A stretch of 64,000 nt of DNA. Origin: Candidatus Shapirobacteria bacterium. GTDB lineage: Bacteria > Patescibacteriota > Microgenomatia > UBA12405. Location of the stretch: the NCBI GenBank assembly GCA_041665485.1, contig JBAYIT010000001.1, forward strand, positions 204,270-268,269. Direction: 5' to 3'. Position 1 is the stretch's first letter. Each line of letters opens with the position of its first letter. The position numbers and the translations under genes are program-made. The notes under the pieces are model-generated. The model made no database searches, was not told where the DNA came from, and worked only from the letters and a program-made list of their open reading frames with translations. Shown piece by piece: positions 9,486 through 17,787 of this stretch.

Positions 9486-10868
9486 GTGAAAAGTAGAGAA
9501 GAAACATTGTTTGTCTGTAAGAGCTGCGGCAATGAATTTGGGAAGTGGAGTGGGCAGTGTGGAGCGTGCGGGGAGTGGAATTCTTTAAAGGAAGCACCAA
9601 TAACCAAAAAACAATTTCCAAACAAATCCCAATTTCCAAATTCCAAATTAACAAACAGGAAAACGGAATCTATTAATTTGGGGGAAGTGGCCGAGTCAAA
9701 CTCGGTGAAAGATGATAAGGAAATGGTGTTTAAAACTGAAATTGAAGAAGTAGACAGAGTACTGGGGAAGGGAATAGTGGCCGGAGGGGTGATATTGCTG
9801 GCCGGTGAGCCGGGAATTGGCAAGAGTACATTAGTTACTCAAATTGTGGGGAAAATTGGTGGGGTGTATGTGTCAGCAGAGGAGTCGGCTCAACAAGTGG
9901 CGATGCGAGTAAAAAGGCTAGGACTGCCAATGGGGAATTTTGAGGTGTTGGAAACCAATAACGTGGAGGAAGTGGTGGGGTTTGCTGATCGAACAAATAA
10001 AGTGTTCAAATTAATGGTGGTGGACTCGGTGCAAATGTTATTTTCAGAGCAGGGAGTGGGGGCGCCGGGAAGTCCGGGACAAATTAAACAAGTGGCATTG
10101 GCATTAATTGAGATGGCCAAAAGAAAAAATGTGGCGGTGATAATTTTGGGGCATGTGACCAAAGAGGGGGAGATTGCCGGCCCCAAACTTTTGGAGCACA
10201 TGGTGGACACGGTGTTGTATTTTGAGGGAGACAAAAATTCGGACTTGCGGATTTTACGATGCCAAAAAAATCGATTTGGGGCGACGGATGAGGTGGGAAT
10301 TTTCAAGATGTTAGATGTTGGATTGGTAGATCTTAGAGGGGAAGATATAAATTTAACTGGCGATGGTGGAATAAAAATCGGGAGTGCTTTGACAGTGGTG
10401 ATGGAGGGAACCAGGCCGATGATGGTGGAAATCCAAGCATTGGTAACTGAGAGTTTTGCCCCTCAACCGAAGCGGGTGTTTTCGGGGATTGATTATAATC
10501 GAGGGCAACTTTTAGTGGCGGTGGCTCAAAAAACTTTGGGGATGCCACTGTATAAATATGATGTGTTTGTGGCAGTGACGGGAGGAATTAGGACTGAGGA
10601 TACTGGAGCGGATTTGGCAATAATTGGAGCGATGTGGAGCTCTTATAAAAATGAGCCAATTAAAAAATCAAAAATCAAAGATCAAAAATTAATTCAAAAT
10701 TTAAAAATTTCTGGTTTGGTGTTGGTTGGTGAGGTGAGTTTGCTGGGAGAGGTGAAGAAGGTGAGGGGATGGGAAAGACGGGAGAGGGAGGCAAGAGCGC
10801 TGAAAAAGGAATTGCTATATGTAAATAGTATAAGAGAACTTAAGGGTTTGGTAATTGGTAATCAGTAA
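9486..10868 (+). CDS. radA: DNA repair protein RadA/Sms
   Basis: N-terminal C4 zinc finger 'CKSCGNEFGKWSGQCGACGEW'. RecA-like Walker A 'LLAGEPGIGKST'. RadA-specific 'KNRFG' motif. Lon-protease-like C-terminal domain. GTG start. An in-frame repeat insertion lies in the linker ('KKQFPNKSQFPNSKL'). Confidence 0.9.
   Translation: MKSREETLFVCKSCGNEFGKWSGQCGACGEWNSLKEAPITKKQFPNKSQFPNSKLTNRKTESINLGEVAESNSVKDDKEMVFKTEIEEVDRVLGKGIVAGGVILLAGEPGIGKSTLVTQIVGKIGGVYVSAEESAQQVAMRVKRLGLPMGNFEVLETNNVEEVVGFADRTNKVFKLMVVDSVQMLFSEQGVGAPGSPGQIKQVALALIEMAKRKNVAVIILGHVTKEGEIAGPKLLEHMVDTVLYFEGDKNSDLRILRCQKNRFGATDEVGIFKMLDVGLVDLRGEDINLTGDGGIKIGSALTVVMEGTRPMMVEIQALVTESFAPQPKRVFSGIDYNRGQLLVAVAQKTLGMPLYKYDVFVAVTGGIRTEDTGADLAIIGAMWSSYKNEPIKKSKIKDQKLIQNLKISGLVLVGEVSLLGEVKKVRGWERREREARALKKELLYVNSIRELKGLVIGNQ
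9595..9650. repeat. Family-B dispersed repeat ('aaaaacaatttccaaacaaatcccaat…') inserted in-frame in the radA linker
   Basis: Near-identical copies occur at 45181-45240, 48545-48612 and 60358-60462. Confidence 0.7.
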
Positions 10869-10900
10869 TCGGTAATTAGTAAATCAGTAAATTGTTTTCC
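10856..10900. repeat. Tandem heptamer microsatellite (ggtaatc / ggtaatt)n
   Basis: 'ggtaattggtaatcagtaatcggtaattagtaaatcagtaaatt'. A similar array occurs at 59758-59800. Confidence 0.7.
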
Positions 10901-11040
10901 ACATGATGTTGAAAGGGGAGAGTTGGAGGCGTTTTTTAACCTAATTTGCTATGTAAGAAAGATATAGGGATATGTGATTTTGAGAGAGATAATTTATATA
11001 GGGTATGGACAGAAATAAAGAGTGGGGTTATATTGAAACT

Positions 11041-11151
11041 ATGAACTGGTGGAAGAAGATAAAGCAGGCACTGTTAGGAAAGAAGCGGGACAAATGGGTG
11101 GAGGATCAAATTAGAGGAATGGCGAAGTTGAAGGGGAGGTTAGTTCTTTGA
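11041..11151 (+). CDS. Possible small basic protein, 36 aa (MNWWKKIKQALLGKKRDKWVEDQIRGMAKLKGRLVL)
   Basis: Short ORF followed 10 nt later by a strong hairpin. Absent from the ORF track because it is under 60 aa. Confidence 0.2.
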   Translation: MNWWKKIKQALLGKKRDKWVEDQIRGMAKLKGRLVL

Positions 11152-11161
11152 AAAATGAGAT

Positions 11162-11202
11162 AACCCCGATATTGTGCTTCGCATCATCGGGGTTGTGTCT
11201 TT
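11162..11202 (+). terminator. Candidate intrinsic terminator: 9-bp stem aaccccgat/atcggggtt followed by a gtgtcttt tail
   Basis: The hairpin is read directly from the sequence. The U-run is weak. Confidence 0.3.
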
Positions 11203-11465
11203 AGGAAAATTTTGTCCTTTTAGTCCAAAATTTAACCTAAAGAAACGAAAAAGAAACAACCTTATCGATATTCTCAAAGCAGGTGGAACACGAATATGGT
11301 TGTTTCTTCACTTTCTAAAATACGGGGTTGACAGGAAAATGTCAAATCCGGGGTTCGACTATGTAGATGAGAGTGGCAGAGGGGGCAGGTCTGCCACTTT
11401 CAACTATGGAGTGGAAGGAAAGATAACTAGTTGTGGCAAATTTTTTTTGTGATTATAATGAATGT

Positions 11466-13013
11466 ATGAGAAAGACTTTTGTGGTGGTGATGGTTTTGGG
11501 AATGTTGTTTTTTGGAGTGGGAGTAAGAGGGGTAATGGCGGTGATGCCGGGTGACGCTAGTGGTAATAATGATGTGGGACTTGAGGATTTAGCGATTTGG
11601 AGAGAGGAATATGGTAAGACCGGACTTAGATCTGATTTTGATGGCAGTGGTGCGGTGGGTTTTGAGGATTTAAGAATATGGAAAATGGCTTATATAGAAA
11701 AATTGAATTCGGTGGATTGTGACAGATGTAGTGTTTTTTATGATAATCAACGGACCAGGTGGAGAGCGTCTGATTGTAATAAATCTCCTGCTTCGTGGGT
11801 GGTAGTAGAAAGGATTTATGATTCAACCTGTAGGGCACCGGCTTCGACTAAGAAAATGAATACCTGCCAGAGGTGTAGCACGGTAAATCAAGGACAGTAT
11901 GTGTGGTGGGAGATTGTGGAGGGAGAAAGTTGTAGCCGTGATCCGGGAACGGGAACCAGTGTTTATCGGGCAGAGGGGGTGACGATGTGCCAGATATCGG
12001 GACCATCCACGATTGATTGTGATCGATGTAGTCTTCTTTATGATAATCAGCGGACTAGTTGGAGAGCGACAAATTGTGATGTCTCTCCGGGGGATGGAGT
12101 AGTGGTAGAAAGAACTTATGACACGACTTGTGTGGCACCGGCTTCGACAAGAAAAGCCAATACTTGCCAAAGGTGCAGTAAAGCCGGAAATGGGCAATAC
12201 ACCTGGTGGGAGCCAGTAAGTGGAGTGGGCTGTGAAGTTGATCCGACAGGAGAGGTGATGAAGACGACAGTTGGATCGGTGACGATGTGTAATATAAATA
12301 CGTCAGAAACTTGTCCAGGTAGCTGTAAGTCTCAAACACCTCAAAAGCCGGATTGTGGATCTTACGGAATGGATAATGGGGTGGGATCATGTTCTGATCC
12401 GATGTCTAGATGTTGTGTAAATAAATGCACCCGATGTAGTCTTCTTTATGACAATCAAATGACCAGCTGGGTGGCAGACAACTGCGATCTTTCTCCGGCT
12501 TCGGGAGTGGCAGTGGAAAGAACCTATGACACGACTTGTGTGGCACCGGCTTCAACAAGAAAAGCCAATACTTGCCAAAGGTGCAGTAAAGCCGGAAATG
12601 GGCAATACACCTGGTGGGAACCAGTAAGTGGGGTGGGCTGTGAAGTTGATCCGACAGGAGAGGTGATGAAGACGACAGTTGGATCGATTGCCATGTGTAC
12701 TGAAACGGGTAGATGTGAAAGGTGCAGTACGGTTTATCCGAATCAGAAAGTGGCCTATTTGGGAGATTGTAGTAAGCCACCAATGCCGGGAATTGAGGTA
12801 GAAAGAATTTATGACATTGTTAATTGTGGATTGGGGAAATTTACGCCGACACCGGGGGTAACTGTGTGTCAGAGGTGTAGCGAGACGGTTTCGGGGCAAT
12901 ATGTGTGGTGGAAAAAGGAGGATGGCAAGACCTGTAATGATGACCCGGGGGCGGGAGTGGAGATACAAAGAACCGACCCGCGAAAGAATCGATTGGAGAA
13001 TTGTCACGGATGA
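11466..13013 (+). CDS. Secreted protein with an N-terminal pair of dockerin-like modules and four Cys-rich ~100-aa repeats
   Basis: Signal peptide 'MRKTFVVVMVLGMLFFGVGVRGVMA'. Modules 'DVGLEDLAIWREEY' and 'DFDGSGAVGFEDLRIWKMAY'. Four repeats of the form 'C(D)RCS..YDNQ.T.W.A..C..SP…VER.YD.TC.APASTKK.NTCQRCS…GQY.WWE'. Confidence 0.6.
   Translation: MRKTFVVVMVLGMLFFGVGVRGVMAVMPGDASGNNDVGLEDLAIWREEYGKTGLRSDFDGSGAVGFEDLRIWKMAYIEKLNSVDCDRCSVFYDNQRTRWRASDCNKSPASWVVVERIYDSTCRAPASTKKMNTCQRCSTVNQGQYVWWEIVEGESCSRDPGTGTSVYRAEGVTMCQISGPSTIDCDRCSLLYDNQRTSWRATNCDVSPGDGVVVERTYDTTCVAPASTRKANTCQRCSKAGNGQYTWWEPVSGVGCEVDPTGEVMKTTVGSVTMCNINTSETCPGSCKSQTPQKPDCGSYGMDNGVGSCSDPMSRCCVNKCTRCSLLYDNQMTSWVADNCDLSPASGVAVERTYDTTCVAPASTRKANTCQRCSKAGNGQYTWWEPVSGVGCEVDPTGEVMKTTVGSIAMCTETGRCERCSTVYPNQKVAYLGDCSKPPMPGIEVERIYDIVNCGLGKFTPTPGVTVCQRCSETVSGQYVWWKKEDGKTCNDDPGAGVEIQRTDPRKNRLENCHG
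12118..12693. repeat. Intragenic tandem duplication: 12118-12287 and 12524-12693 are about 98% identical
   Basis: Direct comparison of the two stretches. Both encode the identical peptide 'YDTTCVAPASTRKANTCQRCSKAGNGQYTWWEPVSGVGCEVDPTGEVMKTTVGS'. Confidence 0.8.
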
Positions 13014-14935
13014 AGCGGGTAGGATTTCTTATCGGACTGATTGGTTTGGTGTTGATGGTGGGCCCACCTACGCTAAAGCTTCGGTGGGTAAAAGCGGTGG
13101 GAGCGGTGGAGAAAGTGAATTTTTCGATTGAGGAAGGTGTAAAAGAAAAAGTAACAACAATAAAGTGTGCTAAGGATGATGTACCTGATGCTCCAGCGAG
13201 AGCTTTTGTGGATAGTAATGGGTCGGTTCAATTGATTGCGGCAAGTGGGGTTTTGTATCGATATGTTGGCGATAATTTGGATGATGCTCCGGTAAATAGA
13301 GATGAATGTAGAAGGTCGTTCTTGAGTCATGTTAGCGCCGACCCGAGAAATTATAATGATTTTGAATGGGTGGCTTCGCCATACACTGTTGATGGTAAGA
13401 CTGTTTATTCTTTGGTTCACACTGAATATCACGGTTGGTACCGTAATGATTGTAAGTACACCCAACCAGGAGATTTTTGGAAATGTTGGTGGAATTCAGT
13501 TAACTTGGCAAAGTCGGATGATGGTGGCCGGGCTTTTTACCATCTTGACCCACCTTTGCAAAATATTTTGAATTCCCCAATTGATTATGATCGAAATTTG
13601 GAAAACAATTTTCGGGGCTATTTTGAGCCGAGCAATATAGTTAAGAGGGGTGAATATTACTATGCTTTGGTGATGTCGATTAATAATGTTCCCAACGACC
13701 CAAGTAAAACAGGAATGTGTGTGATGCGAACTAATGATTTAGCTGACCCAAAAAGCTGGCGATTGTGGGATGGAAATGGATTTAATTTGCCCGGCGATAG
13801 GGCGGTTTGCCAGCCGGTGGCTTTACATATTGGCGGGAAAGCTAACCCGCACTATTCTTTGACTTACAATAATTACTTGGGAAAATATTTGGTTATTGGT
13901 TGCCAGCCGGATAATGCTCCAAACAATCCGGGGTGTGGATACAGACTTTCGGATGACTTAATTAATTGGTCTGATGAGGAGAGGATCTTTGCAGTTCCAA
14001 ATACGGCCGATTGGAAATATTACTGTTCTTATGGATCTTTGATTCAGCCGGGGGATGCAACCAGAAATTTTGAGGAAAGTGACCGGTCGCCTTGGTTTTA
14101 TTTTGGTTCACCAAGAGATGGTAACAGTTGTAATTATGACTTTGGTTTAAGTAATTTAGATCATGGTTTTAACATGGGAGAGCAGAATTTATGGCGGGTG
14201 AGGGTAAGATTTAATAAACCGGAGGACGTGGGAAAGTATGAGATTTTGGACCTAAGATTTAATGAAAAGAGAATTGACAAGACGCTGGATTCTTCTTTTT
14301 ATGGCAATAACGGAAAAACAATCGGGATTAATTTTGGCCAGGAGGGAGAGAGAAATTTTTTGAGATTTACCGGTGGTAATGGTGAGCGGGTGGAAGTGGC
14401 CGGTTCCGAATCGTTAAGGTGGAGTGGAGATTTGACGGTTGAGGCGGAGCTTAAAGTGAGAGGTGGTAGTAGTGAGAAAAAAGCAATAGTGAGAAGTGAA
14501 GAGAAAGATGGTTTAGGGTTATACTTGACGGGAGAAGGTAAGCTTAGATGGGAAGTTGGGGGAAAAGGTCAGGACAGCACGTTGACGATTACTGATAATC
14601 AGTGGCATAAAATAGCTGTGTCTTATCTGAGAAGCGGGAAAGTTGATTATTACGTTGATAATGTTTTGGCGGGGAGCTTTGATTATGGATCAGGAAAGGG
14701 AGAGATGTTGGGTAGGAACAAAATGATAATTGGAGACATGGGGTTGGTGGGGGAGATTGACGGAATTAAAATATTAAATTATGGCGTGGTAGTGAATGAA
14801 AAAATGGAACTGGAAGATTTGTTGATTTGGAAGAAAGAGTATAAGACGGGAAAATCTGAAAAGGCAGATTTTGATAAAAATGGTAAAGTTGATTTAGGAG
14901 ATTTGTTAGTATGGAAAAAAGGATACATAGAATGA
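13010..14935 (+). CDS. Secreted or membrane-anchored protein with an unknown ~400-aa domain, a LamG/concanavalin-like domain and a C-terminal dockerin-like pair
   Basis: Start ATG 13010 overlaps the upstream stop as ATGA. N-terminal TM/signal segment. LamG-like 'LRWSGDLTVEAELKV…DNQWHKIAVSY'. C-terminus 'LEDLLIWKKEY…DFDKNGKVDLGDLLVWKKGY'. Confidence 0.55.
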   Translation: MKRVGFLIGLIGLVLMVGPPTLKLRWVKAVGAVEKVNFSIEEGVKEKVTTIKCAKDDVPDAPARAFVDSNGSVQLIAASGVLYRYVGDNLDDAPVNRDECRRSFLSHVSADPRNYNDFEWVASPYTVDGKTVYSLVHTEYHGWYRNDCKYTQPGDFWKCWWNSVNLAKSDDGGRAFYHLDPPLQNILNSPIDYDRNLENNFRGYFEPSNIVKRGEYYYALVMSINNVPNDPSKTGMCVMRTNDLADPKSWRLWDGNGFNLPGDRAVCQPVALHIGGKANPHYSLTYNNYLGKYLVIGCQPDNAPNNPGCGYRLSDDLINWSDEERIFAVPNTADWKYYCSYGSLIQPGDATRNFEESDRSPWFYFGSPRDGNSCNYDFGLSNLDHGFNMGEQNLWRVRVRFNKPEDVGKYEILDLRFNEKRIDKTLDSSFYGNNGKTIGINFGQEGERNFLRFTGGNGERVEVAGSESLRWSGDLTVEAELKVRGGSSEKKAIVRSEEKDGLGLYLTGEGKLRWEVGGKGQDSTLTITDNQWHKIAVSYLRSGKVDYYVDNVLAGSFDYGSGKGEMLGRNKMIIGDMGLVGEIDGIKILNYGVVVNEKMELEDLLIWKKEYKTGKSEKADFDKNGKVDLGDLLVWKKGYIE

Positions 14936-16866
14936 GAAAGCTGTTGATGGTGATACTAATACTGATGTTTTGGATATCCAGAATGGAAGTGGAAGCGGTG
15001 GGGGAGAAGAAATTCTATTCTTATGATATTTCCAAAATTAACATGGATACGGATGAGGGTTATGACCAGGTGTCGTTTATAGTGGCTTTGCAGGGATTGG
15101 TTAATAGAAGTGGGCCAAGACTCTATTTATACAAGGCTAATTATTGGCCATTGGGGCCAAGTGTTAGAGCAGATGTGGAGCAATATTGGATGGAAAAATT
15201 TAAAAGACCAGGCGAATGGTTGGCCGATTATGAGGAAATCAAACTGGGGAATTTGGATGAATTAATTAATGTGTTTAAAGGTGATATTAAAGGGGTGGTG
15301 GCTTGGGATTCGAGGGTTGACTCAACAGTTAATGTGGCGACAACAGTGGCGGGAGTGGAGGGAGGAGTGGTGGTGATGCATGGAGGCGGGTTGTATCGAA
15401 AATTAGTTGAGAATTATAAGTTGCCGGTGTTGGTGGATTTGTTTGATAAGAATTTTGGTGATACATCGAGGGTCCCGGAGACAAGTTTGGCCAGCTTTCA
15501 TAGTTCGAAGGCGAATGCTTATTTGTGGCTGATAGAAAAATATCTTAAAACAGGAAAAGTTAATAGGACTGTTTTTGGATATTTGGAGGATGCTTATAGC
15601 CGGCATGATCCAGCTGGGGACTCGGCAGAACAAGTAACAGCCAAGGACTGGATAGTGATGAAAGGGGCGCTGGTTTTTGATTTGTCTCCGATGAATGCTG
15701 TTCCGAACGATGACTCAAACCAGAGAACAGGAGTAGACAGGGAAGTCTTTGAAGAGATAATGAAACAGGCGAGAAATCTGGTTCCAGACGGAAAAATGTT
15801 TGAGGTGTTGGGATTTTATGCTTGGTATGATAAATATAACAAGCTCAAGTCGAGCGCCAATTTTACGACTGCCGAAGTGGAAGAAGCATCAGTTAAATTA
15901 TTTAGCAAATATAATGCTGGGTTGATACCGGTTGACCATGTGCCGGCAACCAACTTGAGTTTTCATTTCCATGCCCCGAGAAATCAAACTTGGAAACAAA
16001 ATAATCCGGTAAAATCGACAATAAAACTAGAAAATAAAACCTATTTGCTTTACTACATGGGAGATTACGACCCAATTTCTTGGCTGAGTTTTGTGTTGCC
16101 GACTTATTGGGAAGACAGCAAAAGAGGATCTTTACCATTGGCTTGGAGTGTTGGGACTTATGATGGTTATTATCCAGACATGATTAATTACCTCTATAAG
16201 ACTAAAACAAAAAACGATTATTTTGTGGCGCCATTTTCGGGCTGTTTGTATGTTTGGCCGGAATTGTTGATGAACAGTTCAAAATATGCCGAGAGGTGTA
16301 AGGAGGAATACCAAAAAAGAGATTATAAATTTACAGGGATAACTAAGGGAGAGGTAGGGGAGTATTTTTCAACTTTTTCGGGTGGAGGGGTGGGAATGGA
16401 GATGCCGGTGATCGTGGGCGAGAAAACAATACCAAGCTTTTTGATTGACGGAACGCCGTTTGTGAGAGGAGTGAGTTTGGTTTATGATCGTAACCCGGTG
16501 GGGGAATTGGTGTATAAAATTAAAGGTGAGTGGCGGGAGAATGGATTGGCGCCGGAGGCAGGGAAAAGGCCGAATTTTATTGTGTTGAGACTATCGCCTT
16601 GGACGCCGTCGCAGGTGGCTGATTTTGACAAGAGACTAAGAGAATCTGAACCAGAACTAAATTTTGAAGCAGTTGACGCTTATACTTTTTTTGGGTTGGC
16701 GAAAGCTTCGCTTTCAGGGGTAACGACAGGAGCGGAAGTGGTGGTGGGTGATAATAAAGTAGCCGATTTAGAAGATTTGTTGATTTGGAAAAGGGAATAT
16801 TTGGCGGGGAAAGCAACATTAGAGGACTTGTTGACTTGGAAAAGGGAATATACACAATCAAGGTAA
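14932..16866 (+). CDS. Secreted hypothetical protein with a C-terminal dockerin-like pair
   Basis: ATGA overlap with the upstream stop. Signal 'MRKLLMVILILMFWIS'. C-terminus 'DLEDLLIWKREYLAGKATLEDLLTWKREY'. Confidence 0.55.
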   Translation: MRKLLMVILILMFWISRMEVEAVGEKKFYSYDISKINMDTDEGYDQVSFIVALQGLVNRSGPRLYLYKANYWPLGPSVRADVEQYWMEKFKRPGEWLADYEEIKLGNLDELINVFKGDIKGVVAWDSRVDSTVNVATTVAGVEGGVVVMHGGGLYRKLVENYKLPVLVDLFDKNFGDTSRVPETSLASFHSSKANAYLWLIEKYLKTGKVNRTVFGYLEDAYSRHDPAGDSAEQVTAKDWIVMKGALVFDLSPMNAVPNDDSNQRTGVDREVFEEIMKQARNLVPDGKMFEVLGFYAWYDKYNKLKSSANFTTAEVEEASVKLFSKYNAGLIPVDHVPATNLSFHFHAPRNQTWKQNNPVKSTIKLENKTYLLYYMGDYDPISWLSFVLPTYWEDSKRGSLPLAWSVGTYDGYYPDMINYLYKTKTKNDYFVAPFSGCLYVWPELLMNSSKYAERCKEEYQKRDYKFTGITKGEVGEYFSTFSGGGVGMEMPVIVGEKTIPSFLIDGTPFVRGVSLVYDRNPVGELVYKIKGEWRENGLAPEAGKRPNFIVLRLSPWTPSQVADFDKRLRESEPELNFEAVDAYTFFGLAKASLSGVTTGAEVVVGDNKVADLEDLLIWKREYLAGKATLEDLLTWKREYTQSR

Positions 16867-16932
16867 CTGTACACATATAGTATGTACTTGGGTACTTGAA
16901 ATATAGGATAGTGTTGTGTATTATATGTGTAT

Positions 16933-17772
16933 ATGAAAAGAAGAGAGTTTTTAGTGCGTGGGGGTACTGTTGCTGCTGCTGCTGCTGCATTATTTGCTAT
17001 TGGAGCGACTCCAGGAGGAGCTCAAGCTGCACCCGTAGGGCCACAAGGGGGGGATGGTAGTGATAGACGACCGGATGCGTTTGGGGGAGTGCCTGCCACT
17101 GTGGCTCCAAGGGTTCGGGCTATTGGACCAGAAAGGACACAAGGAGGAGATGGTGGTGTGGAGAGTGCGATGACTGGATTGGGAGAAATGGTTGATGCCA
17201 GCAATGTTGAAGGTTTGGAAGATATGGTTTGGGGGAACCGAATTGTATATCAAGAGATGGAGCTTGAATTTGCGACTTTACCTTGGGGTGGATCTGAAGG
17301 TGTTGGTTATGCTAGAAATATCGCTCCGGGGTCGAATCCAAATCTTTTATATAGACTTACAACTGATAATCATGCTTTTGTGAGCGAAGGGATGCCAATA
17401 CCTGCGATTTATAATGGTGTTTTGTGTGTGGTAACCCTGACTCGATTTGTAGATAGTAGAGAAGGTAGAATTACCTTTTCTGAATATACAGGCCACCATG
17501 GTTTTGCCTATCGACCAATGGTTGGAGTATATAACGTTGATACTTTAGATGAATTTGGAGTTTCTGGTAATGGGGAAACACTTGACACACGTTTTAGTTA
17601 TTTGAATGGTGCCTTTGGAACACCTATGTTTGATGTTAATCGCCCTTGTGCACCACCTGAAGTTGTCCCTATGGTGATCGAGTTCCATGATGGTGTTTTT
17701 GACCCAATGAAGTCGTTATATGATCGTTCTAAATGCAATTCACTTTTTGTGCCACTTGGAGTGAGACAATAA
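16933..17772 (+). CDS. Secreted hypothetical protein with a twin-arginine-like signal (RREFLVRGGTVAAAAAALFA)
   Basis: ORF 16927..17772. The motif R-R-E-F-L plus an Ala-rich h-region resembles a Tat signal. Confidence 0.45.
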   Translation: MKRREFLVRGGTVAAAAAALFAIGATPGGAQAAPVGPQGGDGSDRRPDAFGGVPATVAPRVRAIGPERTQGGDGGVESAMTGLGEMVDASNVEGLEDMVWGNRIVYQEMELEFATLPWGGSEGVGYARNIAPGSNPNLLYRLTTDNHAFVSEGMPIPAIYNGVLCVVTLTRFVDSREGRITFSEYTGHHGFAYRPMVGVYNVDTLDEFGVSGNGETLDTRFSYLNGAFGTPMFDVNRPCAPPEVVPMVIEFHDGVFDPMKSLYDRSKCNSLFVPLGVRQ

Positions 17773-17787
17773 ATAAGATTTGGGAGG

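Noticed and set aside
9439-10548. Antisense ORFs inside radA (9439-9654, 9479-9823, 9890-10306, 10333-10548)
   Set aside because: radA is strongly supported on the plus strand. The antisense ORFs have no motifs and partly derive from the inserted repeat.
11174-11452. ORF 11174-11452 (92 aa) in the radA-downstream intergenic region
   Set aside because: No RBS and no conserved features. It overlaps hairpin and promoter-like elements and has a basic low-complexity composition. It is more likely non-coding.
11626-13007. Antisense ORFs within the Cys-rich repeat gene (11823-12197, 12055-12390, 12406-12783, 12552-13007)
   Set aside because: They are repeated antisense translations of the four sense repeats. 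The sense gene has a clear signal peptide and conserved Cys spacing.
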